The translations under genes and the position numbers were made by a program. A stretch of DNA of 61,507 nt, the filler included. It is 4 parts of 4 records of this genome, joined end to end, with 100 filler letters (N's around TTAATTAATTAA, not from the genome) between each part and the next. Parts side by side here need not be neighbours in the genome. Positions count along the whole stretch, not along the records: positions 26,078 to 40,111 come from SRR20825006_2156; positions 40,212 to 54,064 come from SRR20825006_2160; 2 more parts are not named here. One strand, written 5' to 3'. The notes beneath the pieces were generated by a model. That model was given only the letters and a program-made list of their open reading frames with translations, had not been told where the DNA came from and did no database searches. Below are positions 37,896-48,459 of the stretch, piece after piece (the stretch's first letter is position 1; each line of letters starts with the position of its first letter).

Positions 37896-39010
37896 CGATC
37901 ACGAGCCATCGGCATGATGACGTAAGCGTACCCGTCGTCGGTCTGCAGCAGAGCGGGTGACTTCGCCGATTCGATTTCCATCACGACGGTCGATTCGTTG
38001 TCCATCACTTTGCAGAAATCGGCCAAGTAGCGATGGTCCATCGTCAGCGTGATCGACTCGCCGTCGTAGGCGATCGGCAACTCGATTTGTGATTCACCCA
38101 GGTCGGCGGTCTTGGCTTCCAACTTCAACGTGCCGTCGGCGAAAGTGAAGTCGACTCCGCGGCTGTCCAAGTCCGTCACGATGGCGGCTTGTCGAAGGGC
38201 AGCGAACAGGGGCCCGACGACCACATCGATCTGAATCGCGTTTTCTCGTTGGGGCAAAACCTGACGCCAGTTCGGATAGCGACCTTCGACCAAACGGCTG
38301 CTGATGACCGCCCGTGGGGTCCGGATCAGAAGGTCGTTTCCGCGAGAGGCGACCTCGACGAAATCGTCCTTCTCGCTCAGGGCTCGTTCGATCAATCCGA
38401 TCGCTCGCGTTGGCACGATGGTGGTCATGCCGCTGGTCGCGTGACCACCCACCGATTCGCCGGTGCCTTCCATGCGGGCCAGTCGCCGGCCATCGGTACC
38501 GACGGCGATGACGGAACTTTCTTCCATCTCCAGAAGCACACCACCGAGGGCGTAGCGGCTGCTTTCGGAGTCGGTCGCGAAGACGGTCCGGCGGAGCATT
38601 TCGCGAAAGGTGCGAGTGCTGATCTGGTGGTACTTTGACTCGTCGAATTCGTGGACGCTGGGGAACTCATCGGGGTTGTTTCCGGGCAAGCGAAACTTGC
38701 TCCGGCTGCCCGAGATTTTGATGCCGGCTTCATCGGTTTCGATCGTGATCGTCTCGTCGTTGCTCTCTCTCAGAATCGGCCCGGTTCGGGCCACTGGCAG
38801 CAGAGCCGTGCCTTCGGTTTCAACCTCGATTCCCTCGCTAACGTCCAACCGAATTCCGACCTCTTGGTCGGTCGCCATCAGCGTGATCTTGTCGCCCGCG
38901 GCGGTCACTTTGACGTTCTGCAAAATCTCCTTCGGCGATCGGCTCGGAGCAATCGATGCTGCGAGGACGAAAGCGTTGGCGAGGATGTCTCGTTGGCAGG
39001 TGATCTTCAT
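37892..39010 (-). CDS. dnaN: DNA polymerase III beta clamp
   Basis: ATDQE, VGTDGRRL, SRLVEGRYP and YVIMPM; true start MKITCQR at 39010. Confidence 0.97.
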   Translation of the reverse strand: MKITCQRDILANAFVLAASIAPSRSPKEILQNVKVTAAGDKITLMATDQEVGIRLDVSEGIEVETEGTALLPVARTGPILRESNDETITIETDEAGIKISGSRSKFRLPGNNPDEFPSVHEFDESKYHQISTRTFREMLRRTVFATDSESSRYALGGVLLEMEESSVIAVGTDGRRLARMEGTGESVGGHATSGMTTIVPTRAIGLIERALSEKDDFVEVASRGNDLLIRTPRAVISSRLVEGRYPNWRQVLPQRENAIQIDVVVGPLFAALRQAAIVTDLDSRGVDFTFADGTLKLEAKTADLGESQIELPIAYDGESITLTMDHRYLADFCKVMDNESTVVMEIESAKSPALLQTDDGYAYVIMPMARDR

Positions 39011-39224
39011 CGGAGCGATTGAAAAAAGAGACAGGGCAGGAACGCCGACAACCGCCGGCCGAGCCCCACATGCTTCGCGGCAAACACGTTGCTCAGGGCG
39101 GTCCAAGTTGTAACGCGATCGCTTCGGATTGGCATCCCCTGAAAGCTCCACCGATGGCCCCGATTCGAACACGACCCAAAACCGGATGTGAGCTTGGGCG
39201 GTTCTTCCCAGCATGTTTGCTATC

Positions 39225-39486
39225 AAAACTTACTAATTTAATTACCGTCGTCGTCGTAATGCGTGGACGCCGAGTGTCTGAAAGCGTTGTTTGAAACTCA
39301 AATGACTCCGCAAAACACGATCAAAACAGCGACTAAAGCATTGTGGATAACCTGTCGTTTGGATGTCTCAAATCTGTCTGAAGTTGGACCGACTTCGAAC
39401 ATACCCAGACAGTGACTTGCCAATGGCTGTCGAAAGTCAGACATTTTCAGACAAACTTCAGACAGTGGAATGACAGGTTATCCACA
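39225..39486. promoter_or_regulatory. Candidate chromosomal replication origin (oriC)
   Basis: Perfect DnaA boxes TGTGGATAA (39342-39350) and TTATCCACA (39478-39486), phased TCAGACA repeats between them, AT-rich patch near 39225-39245, upstream of dnaN. Confidence 0.7.
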
Positions 39487-39514
39487 GGCGTTTTAGGGGT
39501 GAAAACGAGGGTCG

Positions 39515-39895
39515 ATGAGCACCAAAAAAGAATTTGAGAACGACCCAAAAAAGTCCGTTTCGAGGACGTTCGATGGGCCTCGTCTGACCGTTTTGTGGAC
39601 GACCGTGCAATCTTCCGAGCAGGCGGAAGCGATCGCGAAGGGGTTGCTGCGGGAGCGTTTGGCAGCATGCGTGCAGATCGATTCATCGATCATCAGCCAC
39701 TACGTTTGGGACGGCCAGTCCTGTTCAGAAAAAGAGTTCCGAGTGGTCATCAAAACCACCTCCCAACGAACCGATCAGGTGATCGATTGGCTGGCCCAGA
39801 ATCATCCCTACGACGAACCTCAGATCGTCGCCTTGCCGGTCGAGAAGGCGTCGCCGGGATACGCTCAATGGGTCGACGAATCAACGTCGGAGTGA
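39515..39895 (+). CDS. cutA: Divalent-cation tolerance protein CutA
   Basis: LLRERLAACVQ, SHYVWDG and HPYDEPQI. Confidence 0.93.
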   Translation: MSTKKEFENDPKKSVSRTFDGPRLTVLWTTVQSSEQAEAIAKGLLRERLAACVQIDSSIISHYVWDGQSCSEKEFRVVIKTTSQRTDQVIDWLAQNHPYDEPQIVALPVEKASPGYAQWVDESTSE

Positions 39896-39936
39896 TCGCA
39901 GATGGGCTCCGCTCAATGGCCCCTTGCCTCTGACCA

Positions 39937-40111
39937 ATGGATGGAGGCTCGCTGAAGAAGTCGTTCGTTCGGGTGGAACTGAACGGCGACGTTGATGCAC
40001 CAAAAACGCCCTCTCGGGCTCTCGAGGTCATGCAGTTTTCAGCATTGGCTTACCTCTCCCGAAACGAAGTTTGGGAAAGGTTGAGCGACGCCGTTCAGGC
40101 GTACGCGAGGG
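39937..40111 (+). CDS. Hypothetical protein, cut by contig end
   Basis: Open frame from ATG to the spacer; no recognisable motif. Confidence 0.35.
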
Positions 40112-40211
40112 NNNNNNNNNNNNNNNNNNNNNNNNNNNNNNNNNNNNNNNNNNNNTTAATTAATTAANNNNNNNNNNNNNNNNNNNNNNNNNNNNNNNNN
40201 NNNNNNNNNNN
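40112..40211. other. Artificial contig spacer
   Basis: N-run, TTAATTAATTAA, N-run. Confidence 0.98.
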
Positions 40212-40355
40212 GACGATCATCACGCTGTCGTCGCCGATGATCACACCGGTATTGGGATCGCCCTCGGCGGTGAAGGCCCAGATGTCCCGGCCGATCTCGC
40301 TGAAGGTGATCTTCTTTTCCGCCATGTCGCCGGCTGACGCGAATTGCTTGGCCAT
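40212..40355 (-). CDS. N-terminus of an MBL-fold metallo-hydrolase (truncated)
   Basis: FTAEGDPNTGVIIGDDSVMIV; follows hmgA-fahA. Confidence 0.8.
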
Positions 40356-40382
40356 TTGGCCTTCCTCCCGTTTGTTTTTTTG

Positions 40383-41642
40383 TCAGTCTTTTTTGTGTGC
40401 GGGCAGAACCGTGCCCGTGCAGTCTCCAAACCCGATCCGGTAGCCGTCCCCCGCCGCATGACCGCGCAGGGTGATCCTGTCGCCATCCTCAAGGAAGCTG
40501 CGGGTCTCTCCGTTCGGCAGGGTGATGGGTGTCTTGCCGCCCCAGCTCATTTCCAGCAGCGAGCCGTAGCTGTCCGGAGTGTCGCCGGAGATCGTGCCGG
40601 AGCCGAGCAGGTCGCCGGTCCGCATCGGGCAGCCGCTGCTGGTGTGATGGGCAAGCTGCTGGGCGGCGGAATAATACATCGTGCTGTAGTTGGTTCGGGA
40701 CAGCATGGCTTCCTCGCCGGATCCGGCAGGCGTAAGACCAACCTCAAGCGCGATGTCGTAGAGCATCGGGCCGAGTTCCGCGAGATAGGGCAGCAGCGGT
40801 TTCTCCCGCTTTGGCGTCGCTGTCCGGAATGGCTCCAGCGCTGCCCGGGTTACCACCCAGGGCGAGATGGTCGTGCAGAAGGCCTTACCCTGAAACGGGC
40901 CGAGCGGCTGGTACTCCCATGCCTGGATATCCCGCGCCGACCAGTCGTTCAGCAGCACATAACCGAAGACCATTTCGTCCGCCTCGGCTACCGTCACCGG
41001 TTTGCCCATCGGGGTTCCGGTGCCGACCACGGCACCCATTTCCAGCTCGATATCGAGACGGCGGCTCGGGCCGAAGGTCGGTGTGTCCGCGTCCGGCGCT
41101 TTCAACTGGCCGTTCGGGCGGTGGAAGTCGGTGCCGCTGACTACGACTGAGGAGGCCCGCCCGTTATAGCCGATGGGGATATGCAGCCAGTTCGGCGGCA
41201 GGGCATTTTCCGGTCCCCGGAACATGGTGCCGACATTGAAGGCGTGCTGTTTGCCTGCATAAAAATCGGTGTATTCGCTGACGCGGAAGGGCAGATGCAG
41301 CGTCACTTCCGAGAGGGGGATGAGAAAGGCTTCCGCATTCTGCCTGAGGGCGATATCACCACCCTCGCGCAGCAGGTCCGTCAAGCGCTCCCGCACTTTT
41401 GTCCAGACGTCTGAGCCGCGATCCATGAAGGCATTCAGAGCATGTTCCGCGAAGACCGGAGTGCTGCCGGTGGAGATCAGCCCGTCCCGCTCCAGTGCCG
41501 CAAGGTCGAGCACGCGGTCGCCGATCGCGGCACCGCAGCGCGGTTGCTCGCCATCCCGGGAGAAGACGCCAAAAGGCAGGTTCTGGACCGGAAAATCGCA
41601 GTCCGATGCATTGGCGGAGGGAAGCCAGCTTTTCATGATCAC
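40383..41642 (-). CDS. fahA: Fumarylacetoacetase
   Basis: [40 protein letters not shown] and GSGTISG. Confidence 0.96.
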   Translation of the reverse strand: MIMKSWLPSANASDCDFPVQNLPFGVFSRDGEQPRCGAAIGDRVLDLAALERDGLISTGSTPVFAEHALNAFMDRGSDVWTKVRERLTDLLREGGDIALRQNAEAFLIPLSEVTLHLPFRVSEYTDFYAGKQHAFNVGTMFRGPENALPPNWLHIPIGYNGRASSVVVSGTDFHRPNGQLKAPDADTPTFGPSRRLDIELEMGAVVGTGTPMGKPVTVAEADEMVFGYVLLNDWSARDIQAWEYQPLGPFQGKAFCTTISPWVVTRAALEPFRTATPKREKPLLPYLAELGPMLYDIALEVGLTPAGSGEEAMLSRTNYSTMYYSAAQQLAHHTSSGCPMRTGDLLGSGTISGDTPDSYGSLLEMSWGGKTPITLPNGETRSFLEDGDRITLRGHAAGDGYRIGFGDCTGTVLPAHKKD

Positions 41643-42997
41643 TTGATGCCCGGTGTTCCGTCGAACTTCTTTTCAAGGCCGATCCAGCAGGCCGCGTAAT
41701 CGTCCTGCAGGGGCGCCTCGCTGGCGGCATATTCGGTCAGGTGTTGCGGGAACCGGGTCTCGAACATGAAAGCCATGGTCTCCGTCAGCTTGTGCGGTTT
41801 CAGATCCACATTGGAGGCGCCTTCGAAGGCCTGGCTGTCGGGGCCGTGCGGCAGCATGCAATTATGCAGGCTCATGCCGCCGGGGGCGAAGCCTTCCTGC
41901 TTGGCGTCGTAGGCGCCGTAAATATTGCCCATGAATTCGGACATGATGTTCCGGTGATACCAGGGTGGCCTGAAGCTGTGTTCGGCCACCAGCCAGCGCT
42001 CCGGAAAAATGACGAAATCGATGTTCGCGGTGCCGGGAGTCTCGGACGGGGCCGTCAGCACGGTGAAGATCGACGGGTCCGGATGGTCGAACAGGATCGC
42101 GCCGACCGGGGAGAAGGTGGTGAGATCGTATTTGAAGGGCGCGTAATTGCCGTGCCAGGCGATGACGTCGAGCGGGGAATGCCCGATCTTCGTCACGTTG
42201 AACGTACCGCACCATTTCACGATCAGGCGGCAGGGCGTTTCCTTCTCTTCATAGGCCGCGACCGGCGTCTTGAAATCACGCGGATTGGCGAGGCAGTTGG
42301 CACCGATCGGGCCGCGCCCGGGCAGAGTGAACTTGGCGCCATAATTCTCACAGATATAGCCGCGTGCTTCGCCATCCAGCAGTGTCACCTTGAAGATCAT
42401 GCCGCGCGGGATGATGGCGATCTCGCGCGGGCCGAGCGCCATGCGACCGAGCTCCGTGAAAATCTCGATGCGGCCGAGTTGCGGGACGACCAGCAGCTCC
42501 GCATCCGCGTTCATCATGTAGTCATCCACCATGTCCGCATTGCAGACATAGACATGGGTCGCCATCCCGGTCTGGGTGTTCACGTCACCCGCGCATGTCA
42601 TGGTCCGGATACCGGACACAAAATCGGTCGGCGCGTTCGGCAAGGGCACCGGGTTCCAGCGATACTGGCCGAGGGCGAGGCCGTGTTCCGGCTGGTGCGG
42701 GGCGGTCTTCCAGCCATCCATGGCGATGCGCCCAAAGCGGCTGGTATGTTTCACCGAGGGGCGCATGCGATAGAGCCAGCTGCGCTCATTCTCGCCGCGC
42801 GGCGCGGTGAAAGGGCTGCCCGAGAGCTGCTCCGCATAGAGGCCGTAATTGCATTTCTGCGGGCTGTTCTGGCCTTGCGGCAGGGCGCCGGGCAGGGCTT
42901 CTGTTTCGAAGTCGTTGCCGAAACCCGGCATGTAGCCTGTCGCGGTGCCGGACTGCGGGGTACCGCGCACGGATGCGGATTCTGAAACCTTGTTCAT
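41639..42997 (-). CDS. hmgA: Homogentisate 1,2-dioxygenase
   Basis: [35 protein letters not shown] and HGPD. Confidence 0.98.
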   Translation of the reverse strand: MNKVSESASVRGTPQSGTATGYMPGFGNDFETEALPGALPQGQNSPQKCNYGLYAEQLSGSPFTAPRGENERSWLYRMRPSVKHTSRFGRIAMDGWKTAPHQPEHGLALGQYRWNPVPLPNAPTDFVSGIRTMTCAGDVNTQTGMATHVYVCNADMVDDYMMNADAELLVVPQLGRIEIFTELGRMALGPREIAIIPRGMIFKVTLLDGEARGYICENYGAKFTLPGRGPIGANCLANPRDFKTPVAAYEEKETPCRLIVKWCGTFNVTKIGHSPLDVIAWHGNYAPFKYDLTTFSPVGAILFDHPDPSIFTVLTAPSETPGTANIDFVIFPERWLVAEHSFRPPWYHRNIMSEFMGNIYGAYDAKQEGFAPGGMSLHNCMLPHGPDSQAFEGASNVDLKPHKLTETMAFMFETRFPQHLTEYAASEAPLQDDYAACWIGLEKKFDGTPGIK

Positions 42998-43078
42998 CTC
43001 GATCCTCCCGTTGGCAGGGTCTGACGAGGCACGTTTTCTGGTTGGTTTTAAGGGCCTGTCTGCCGTAGGATCATCATG

Positions 43079-43098
43079 ATCGTTACAAATGAAATGAT
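43079..43098. promoter_or_regulatory. Imperfect palindrome, candidate MarR operator between hmgA and marR
   Basis: ATCGTTACA-AA-TGAAATGAT in the AT-rich divergent intergenic region. Confidence 0.4.
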
Positions 43099-43110
43099 TG
43101 TCAATTATCG

Positions 43111-43593
43111 ATGGATGACGAAAGAGACCTGCTCGATCTGGACAGTTTCCTGCCCTACCGGCTGGCAGTGATCGCTGCCCGGGTGAGCAAATCCATGTCG
43201 GTGCTCTATGCGGAGAAGTTCGGCATCTCGATCGCCGAATGGCGGGTGATTGCCCATCTCGCCCGGTCGGAGCGGGTCTCGGTCCGGGATATTCATGCCC
43301 GCGTCAATCTGGATAAGGTGAAGGTCAGCCGGGCGGTCAGCCGTCTGGAGGAGGCGGGGCTGGTCCTTAAGGCCAACAATGTGGCCGATAACCGGCTGCT
43401 GGATATCACGCTGTCGGACAAGGGCTGGTCCATCTACCGGCAGATCGTCCCGCTGGCGAGCGGTTTCGAGGCGGATCTGCTCTCGGTGCTCGATGAGGCG
43501 GAACGCGCTGCGCTGGAGCGGATCTTCGAGAAGCTGCACAGCCGTCTGGATGAAAATCCGGATACGCTGCGCCGCGCGCTTCCGGAAAACTGA
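43111..43593 (+). CDS. MarR-family regulator, divergent from hmgA
   Basis: [29 protein letters not shown] and DNR. Confidence 0.92.
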   Translation: MDDERDLLDLDSFLPYRLAVIAARVSKSMSVLYAEKFGISIAEWRVIAHLARSERVSVRDIHARVNLDKVKVSRAVSRLEEAGLVLKANNVADNRLLDITLSDKGWSIYRQIVPLASGFEADLLSVLDEAERAALERIFEKLHSRLDENPDTLRRALPEN

Positions 43594-43604
43594 CGGGCGA
43601 AACG

Positions 43605-44204
43605 TCAGAAGGCGGGAGCTTCCGTGCCGGGCGGTCTTGGGCGCCATTCGCCGGGGATCTGCCCGACAAGGAGCCGCGCGATCTCGTCCTTCTCGTTTTT
43701 CAGCGGCAGAATGAGGCGCGTCCAGCTCGTGGTTTCCGAAGCGTTCTTCGGATAGTGAATTGTCAGAAGAGGTTCTCGACGCTGCATGGCGGCCTGATAG
43801 GCGCCGAGGAAGAAGCTGACGATATATTCCCTGTCGCCGAACTGGCGGACTGTCGTGCCGGTGACATCCCTGCCGAAACGTTCGGAAATCATCGTGCCGT
43901 AAAGCCGGTAGCGGAAATCGAAGCCGCCATCGATGACGTCCAGCAGCATGATGTAGCCGAGGACGAACCGCATGTCCGTGGGATCAATGGACGTAATGGG
44001 AGCCACATCCTGGCCGTCTGCTTTCTCCCGCCAGTAAGACAAGAGGCGCTGCAGACGTTTGTCTTCAAGCTGATCGTGTTCCGGACTCCAGGCGACAACC
44101 GGATTACGCGCACCGAATTTAAGAAAGTACTGATCGATCACAGTCAGGTCGTTTCCGACCAGAGCATCCTTCAAATTCGCGGCAGATTGAAATTCGCCTG
44201 TCAA
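43605..44204 (-). CDS. PAS domain protein (PAS_5-like)
   Basis: LLSYW, IDP, FRYRLYGT...FGRDVTG and RLILPL. Confidence 0.8.
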   Translation of the reverse strand: MTGEFQSAANLKDALVGNDLTVIDQYFLKFGARNPVVAWSPEHDQLEDKRLQRLLSYWREKADGQDVAPITSIDPTDMRFVLGYIMLLDVIDGGFDFRYRLYGTMISERFGRDVTGTTVRQFGDREYIVSFFLGAYQAAMQRREPLLTIHYPKNASETTSWTRLILPLKNEKDEIARLLVGQIPGEWRPRPPGTEAPAF

Positions 44205-44573
44205 TGATCCGCTCTCATAATCAGCCGGCCCAACGCACGCATCCGGGGGGCAATCCGCGAATGCGATCTAGCCTGATAGACAAGCATCCCCTTCAATTCA
44301 ACTTTAATAAAAAGAGAATTAATGCAAATAAAAGCAACATTTTAGAGAGTGATTAGCTTCTGAAAGAGAAGCTTGGAAGTGATCAAGGCGCGCGTTTCAT
44401 TTCTTTAGTATCCCGATACTCACCCGCCAATAAACCCTGTGTAGTCCAGTCCTCGTCGCTGCAGTGACGATGCGCTCTTCTTGAAGCGGGAGAAGTCTTC
44501 GGCGGATACCTGCCGACGCAAAAGTGGCGCGATGGGGCATCGCGCCGCTTCCGGGAAACTCCGGTTCTCCGTG

Positions 44574-46700
44574 TTACCAGGTGTACCGCAGGGTCAGCCG
44601 AACCGTCCGCCCGTCGCTGTAATAGGCGGTGTTCGCAAAGGTATCGACCTGGGTGATGGACCGTTCGTCGAAGATGTTGCTGGCGTTGAGCTGCAGTGAG
44701 GCGTTCTCGATGAACTGGTAGCTGATCGCTGCATCCATGACGGTACGTGCATCGAGTTTGATCGTGTTCGCGTTGTCCGCAAAGCTTTCGCCGATATAGC
44801 GCACGCCGCCACCGATGGTCAGATCGCCGATGGTTCCGCGCCCGGGGATCTTATAGTTCAGCCAGGCCGCACCGATATTGTTCGGGACAAGCTGCGGCCG
44901 GTTACCGGCATTGCCGTCGGTGCCGTCCTCCTCAATCGTCGGATCCCAGTAGGAATAGGAGAGGATCGCGTCGAGCTGATCGGTGAGCGCCATCTTGCCT
45001 TCGAACTCGATGCCGGTCACGTTCACCTCGCCGACCTGTTCCTGTGTCGTCGGGCTGGTATTGTAGGGGACGTTGGTCTGCGTGAGATCGAATAGCGCCA
45101 CTGTAAACAGAGCGTTATCGACAAAATCGGGGCTGTATTTCACACCGATTTCATACTGCGTTCCCTCTTTCGGCTCTGGCGTGCTTTGCAGAGCGGTTTC
45201 CGCCGAGACAGGTTCGAAGGATTCAGAATAGTTCGCATAGACAGACAGATTGTCCCGCACCTTGACGGTCACGCCGGCGCGGCCGGTCAGGGAATTGTCG
45301 GTCGAACTGTAGGACAGGCCGAAACCCGGATATTCGGACTCGGTATCCACATGATCGTAACGCCCGCCGAGGGTGAGGATGACCCTGTCGTAGAACGTCA
45401 TTTCTTCCTGCAGATAGGCGCCGACAGCCGTCCGGTCCGTCAGCCATTCATAGGCGGGTGGCTGGGTGATGCAGGCGAGGCCGCAATAGACGGGATTATT
45501 GATGTCGATGCCGGTGGCGGAACCGAAGGCGCGCTTCTCGTCCACCTCTTCATAATAGTAATCGACGCCGACGAGAGTGCGGCTGTCCACGACGCTTATG
45601 CGGGTGTCGTACTGTAGCTGATTGTCGAGCGCGACCCGCTGCGTGCCACCCTTCACCGCGTAGGAATAGCGGGAAGCGGTGGCATCCGCGCTCGCCCCAT
45701 AGACGGTTTCGTAATTCAGGCTGAGGTCGGTGAAGCGAAAATTCTGCCGGAATTGCAGGCCGTTGCCGAAGCTGTGGCTGAACTGATAGCCCGCATTCCA
45801 TTCCTCGGTGTCCATGTTGTCGAATTCCGGCTCGCCCAGAAAGGTGTCTGGATCGATGCTGGAGCCGTATGGAATACCGTGCCCCGGATTGCCGTTGCGC
45901 TTGTTGAAATCGGTCAGCAGGGTCAACTCGGTCGCGTCGCTCGGCCGCCAGGTCAGCGAGGGTGCGAAATACACCCGGTCATCATCGGAGAAATCCGTGC
46001 CGTCGCTGCTGTTCTGGCCCTTCATGGTCAGCCGGTAGAAGAACTTGTCCTGGTTGTCGACGGGGCCGCCGAAGTCGGTGCCGAACTCGACATGCTCGTC
46101 GCCGAAGGTCGAATAGACTTCGCCGAAGGTGAAATCGAGCGGCTTCTTCGAGACGGCGTTGACCAGCCCGCCGGGAGAATTCAGGCCGAACAGGGACGAC
46201 GTGGAGCCTTTGAGGATTTCAACCCGCTCCAGACCATATGGCTCGAGCCGGTTGCCGATAAAGCCCGGAATGCGCATCGGCAGGGCATCGCGGTAGGAAC
46301 CGAGAGAGGTCTGGTAGAAGCCGCGAACGAGGTAGTGGTCGTAGCGGTTGTCGCTGCCGTAAAGATCGCTGACAACGCCCGAGCTATAGGCCAGCGCTTC
46401 ATCAAGGTTTTCGACCCCGCGCTGTTTCATCTCCTTCTCCGTGACAACGGAAACGGATGCCGGCACGTCAAGGATCGGCGTGCCGGTCTTGCTGCCCACG
46501 GTCGATTGATCGGCGATGATCGACACTCTGTCCCCGGCGCTTCTGGCAGCACGGTCGGCATTCGGGCCGGTGGCTGTTCCTTCCGCTTCAACGACGATCT
46601 TGTCGAGGCGGTTTGAATTTTCAGTGGTGCTGTCCTGCGCCACAGCCCCTTGAGCCGACAGCAGAAGTGTCGCCGTGATCAGACTGGAATATTTCAGCAT
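44574..46700 (-). CDS. TonB-dependent siderophore receptor
   Basis: Signal peptide, TonB box, PASVSVV, ERVEILKG and C-terminal LTLRYTW. Confidence 0.95.
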   Translation of the reverse strand: MLKYSSLITATLLLSAQGAVAQDSTTENSNRLDKIVVEAEGTATGPNADRAARSAGDRVSIIADQSTVGSKTGTPILDVPASVSVVTEKEMKQRGVENLDEALAYSSGVVSDLYGSDNRYDHYLVRGFYQTSLGSYRDALPMRIPGFIGNRLEPYGLERVEILKGSTSSLFGLNSPGGLVNAVSKKPLDFTFGEVYSTFGDEHVEFGTDFGGPVDNQDKFFYRLTMKGQNSSDGTDFSDDDRVYFAPSLTWRPSDATELTLLTDFNKRNGNPGHGIPYGSSIDPDTFLGEPEFDNMDTEEWNAGYQFSHSFGNGLQFRQNFRFTDLSLNYETVYGASADATASRYSYAVKGGTQRVALDNQLQYDTRISVVDSRTLVGVDYYYEEVDEKRAFGSATGIDINNPVYCGLACITQPPAYEWLTDRTAVGAYLQEEMTFYDRVILTLGGRYDHVDTESEYPGFGLSYSSTDNSLTGRAGVTVKVRDNLSVYANYSESFEPVSAETALQSTPEPKEGTQYEIGVKYSPDFVDNALFTVALFDLTQTNVPYNTSPTTQEQVGEVNVTGIEFEGKMALTDQLDAILSYSYWDPTIEEDGTDGNAGNRPQLVPNNIGAAWLNYKIPGRGTIGDLTIGGGVRYIGESFADNANTIKLDARTVMDAAISYQFIENASLQLNASNIFDERSITQVDTFANTAYYSDGRTVRLTLRYTW

Positions 46701-46763
46701 TCGCGCTTTTCCCCATGGTGCGAAATCCTGGCTACCGGCTTGGATTGTTCATGATGCTGTTTC

Positions 46764-46782
46764 GATAATGAGAAGCATATGC
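46764..46782. promoter_or_regulatory. Fur-box-like site upstream of the receptor
   Basis: GATAATGAGAAGCATATGC matches 14/19 of GATAATGATAATCATTATC. Confidence 0.6.
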
Positions 46783-46793
46783 AAGTGCAATCA

Positions 46794-46819
46794 AAAATGT
46801 AAGTTGGAACTTACATTTT
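46794..46819. promoter_or_regulatory. Perfect 12-bp inverted repeat, candidate TetR operator
   Basis: AAAATGTAAGTT-GG-AACTTACATTTT between the divergent receptor and tetR genes. Confidence 0.7.
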
Positions 46820-47008
46820 GTTGTGCGGATACCTATATTTGGGGGAAAGGCTCGGGTTTGGTGTGTTTGTCACTTTGCCGGTCCCGATCCGGGCCGCAGG
46901 CGTTTGGGGCGTGTGCCCTGTGCTATGCTGCTGTTAATGTTGGATGTCGTGTTCGCTACCCGGCCCAGGAAAAGAATGCGGGCGCGATCAGATGAGCGGG
47001 AGGGAAGA

Positions 47009-47650
47009 GTGCAGAGGGTGGAAGGCGCGTCGGTCGTTGTACGAAAACAGGCCAAACAACAGCGCTCCAGGGAAAAGGTTCAGCTCATCCTTGATGTGAC
47101 GCTGGAGATGCTGGGCAATACGCCCGCCGAAAAAATAACGACGAATGACATTGCCAAAACGGCTGGTGTGAATATCGCGAGCCTCTATCAATTCTTTCCG
47201 AAGAAGGAGGCTGTCTTCTTCGAGCTGTACAGGCAATGGCTGGAGCAGACCCTGACCCTGCTGGACGGGGTGGATGCCCAATTCGACGGCTCGGAAGGGC
47301 TTGAGGCTTATGCGGACGCGGTGTTCGACTGTCTGTCCACCGATGAAAGCGTGAATACGCCGGGTCACTGGAAGCTCAGATTCGCGCTCGGGAATTCCCC
47401 GGAGCTGGCCGAACTCAATGCCCGGCACGAGGAAAAGGCGTTCCGCCGCATCATCGCGGCGCAGGAAAAATTCTCCCGCAAGGTCACGCCCGAGCAGGCC
47501 CGCGCGCTTGCCCGCCTGCAGCACCATGTCTCGGTCTCCTGCCTTTATGCGGCCGCTGAGGCGGCAGGGCAGCCGGAGCATGGCATCCTGCTGGAGTGGT
47601 GCCGGAAAACGGTGCGTCTCGTTTACGACGCGGAGAAGCTCAACGCCTGA
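47009..47650 (+). CDS. TetR/AcrR-family regulator
   Basis: QQRSREKVQLIL, TTNDIAKTAGVNIASLYQFFPKKEA; GTG at 47009 follows a purine-rich SD. Confidence 0.92.
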   Translation: MQRVEGASVVVRKQAKQQRSREKVQLILDVTLEMLGNTPAEKITTNDIAKTAGVNIASLYQFFPKKEAVFFELYRQWLEQTLTLLDGVDAQFDGSEGLEAYADAVFDCLSTDESVNTPGHWKLRFALGNSPELAELNARHEEKAFRRIIAAQEKFSRKVTPEQARALARLQHHVSVSCLYAAAEAAGQPEHGILLEWCRKTVRLVYDAEKLNA

Positions 47651-47656
47651 TCGTTA

Positions 47657-47690
47657 CCCGGGCGGGGGCTGAAAGCGTACCCCGCCCGGG
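47657..47690. terminator. Hairpin between convergent genes
   Basis: CCCGGGCGGGG / CCCCGCCCGGG 11-bp stem. Confidence 0.6.
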
Positions 47691-47701
47691 CATTTTCGCC
47701 T

Positions 47702-47989
47702 TTATTTGTAGCGGGACGTCGCATTTGTGAAGGCGCGGGAAATATCGTCCCAGGCCTTGTCGAAGCCGGATTTCATGTCTTCCCAGGCATCGTCGCTCGC
47801 GTTCCGGAGCTCTGTCAGCCGGGTATCGGCTTCGTCGCGCTGTGTGCGCATTTCGCTCAGCTGCTTCTGATACTCGATCTTCGCGTCAGCCTCGGCTTCA
47901 TCCGCCTTGGCTTTCATCTTGTCGATCTCGGCATCCCACTGCGCAATACGCGCCTTGGCTTTCTCAATGTACTGATTTTTCTCTGACAT
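47702..47989 (-). CDS. Small coiled-coil protein (sll1863-like stress protein)
   Basis: YIEKAKARIAQWDAEIDKMKAKA...DAWEDMKSGFDKAW; GGAGG SD. Confidence 0.8.
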   Translation of the reverse strand: MSEKNQYIEKAKARIAQWDAEIDKMKAKADEAEADAKIEYQKQLSEMRTQRDEADTRLTELRNASDDAWEDMKSGFDKAWDDISRAFTNATSRYK

Positions 47990-48088
47990 TTGGTACCTCC
48001 TTTGAAAGCAAAACGCGTGAGGAGGCGGGTTGTTCCAGCAGGAATTAAAGCGCTCATAGAAAACACTTATCCATTGACCTAACTGTTT

Positions 48089-48128
48089 GATGTTTTATAG
48101 TTAGCTTTATGGATAACTATAAAACATC
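48089..48128. promoter_or_regulatory. 15-bp inverted repeat over the arsR start codon, candidate autoregulatory operator
   Basis: GATGTTTTATAGTTA-N10-TAACTATAAAACATC. Confidence 0.7.
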
Positions 48129-48459
48129 TCTCGACACCGTCTTTCACGCCCTTGCGGACCCAACCCGCCGGGCCGTGGTGCAGCGCCTGGTAAAAGGCCC
48201 TGCATCGGTGAAGGAACTTGCGGCCCCATTCGATATGGCTCTGCCTTCCTTCATGAAACATATCGGCGTGCTGGAAGAAGCCGGGTTGCTTGCTTCGCGC
48301 AAGCAGGGCCGGGTGCGCACCTGCACGTTCAATCCCGACAAGCTGGCGGCAGCGGAGAAATGGTTTGGCGAGCAGCGGGCCATCTGGGCGAGCCGCTTCG
48401 ACAATCTCGATACCCTGCTGACAGCCCTCGCTGACAACCCACAAGGAAAAGACAAATGA
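48109..48459 (+). CDS. ArsR/SmtB-family regulator
   Basis: FHALADPTRR, KHIGVLEEAGL and KQGRVR. Confidence 0.92.
   Translation: MDNYKTSLDTVFHALADPTRRAVVQRLVKGPASVKELAAPFDMALPSFMKHIGVLEEAGLLASRKQGRVRTCTFNPDKLAAAEKWFGEQRAIWASRFDNLDTLLTALADNPQGKDK

Noticed and set aside
41741-42985. 414-aa plus-strand ORF
   Set aside because: Antisense shadow of hmgA.
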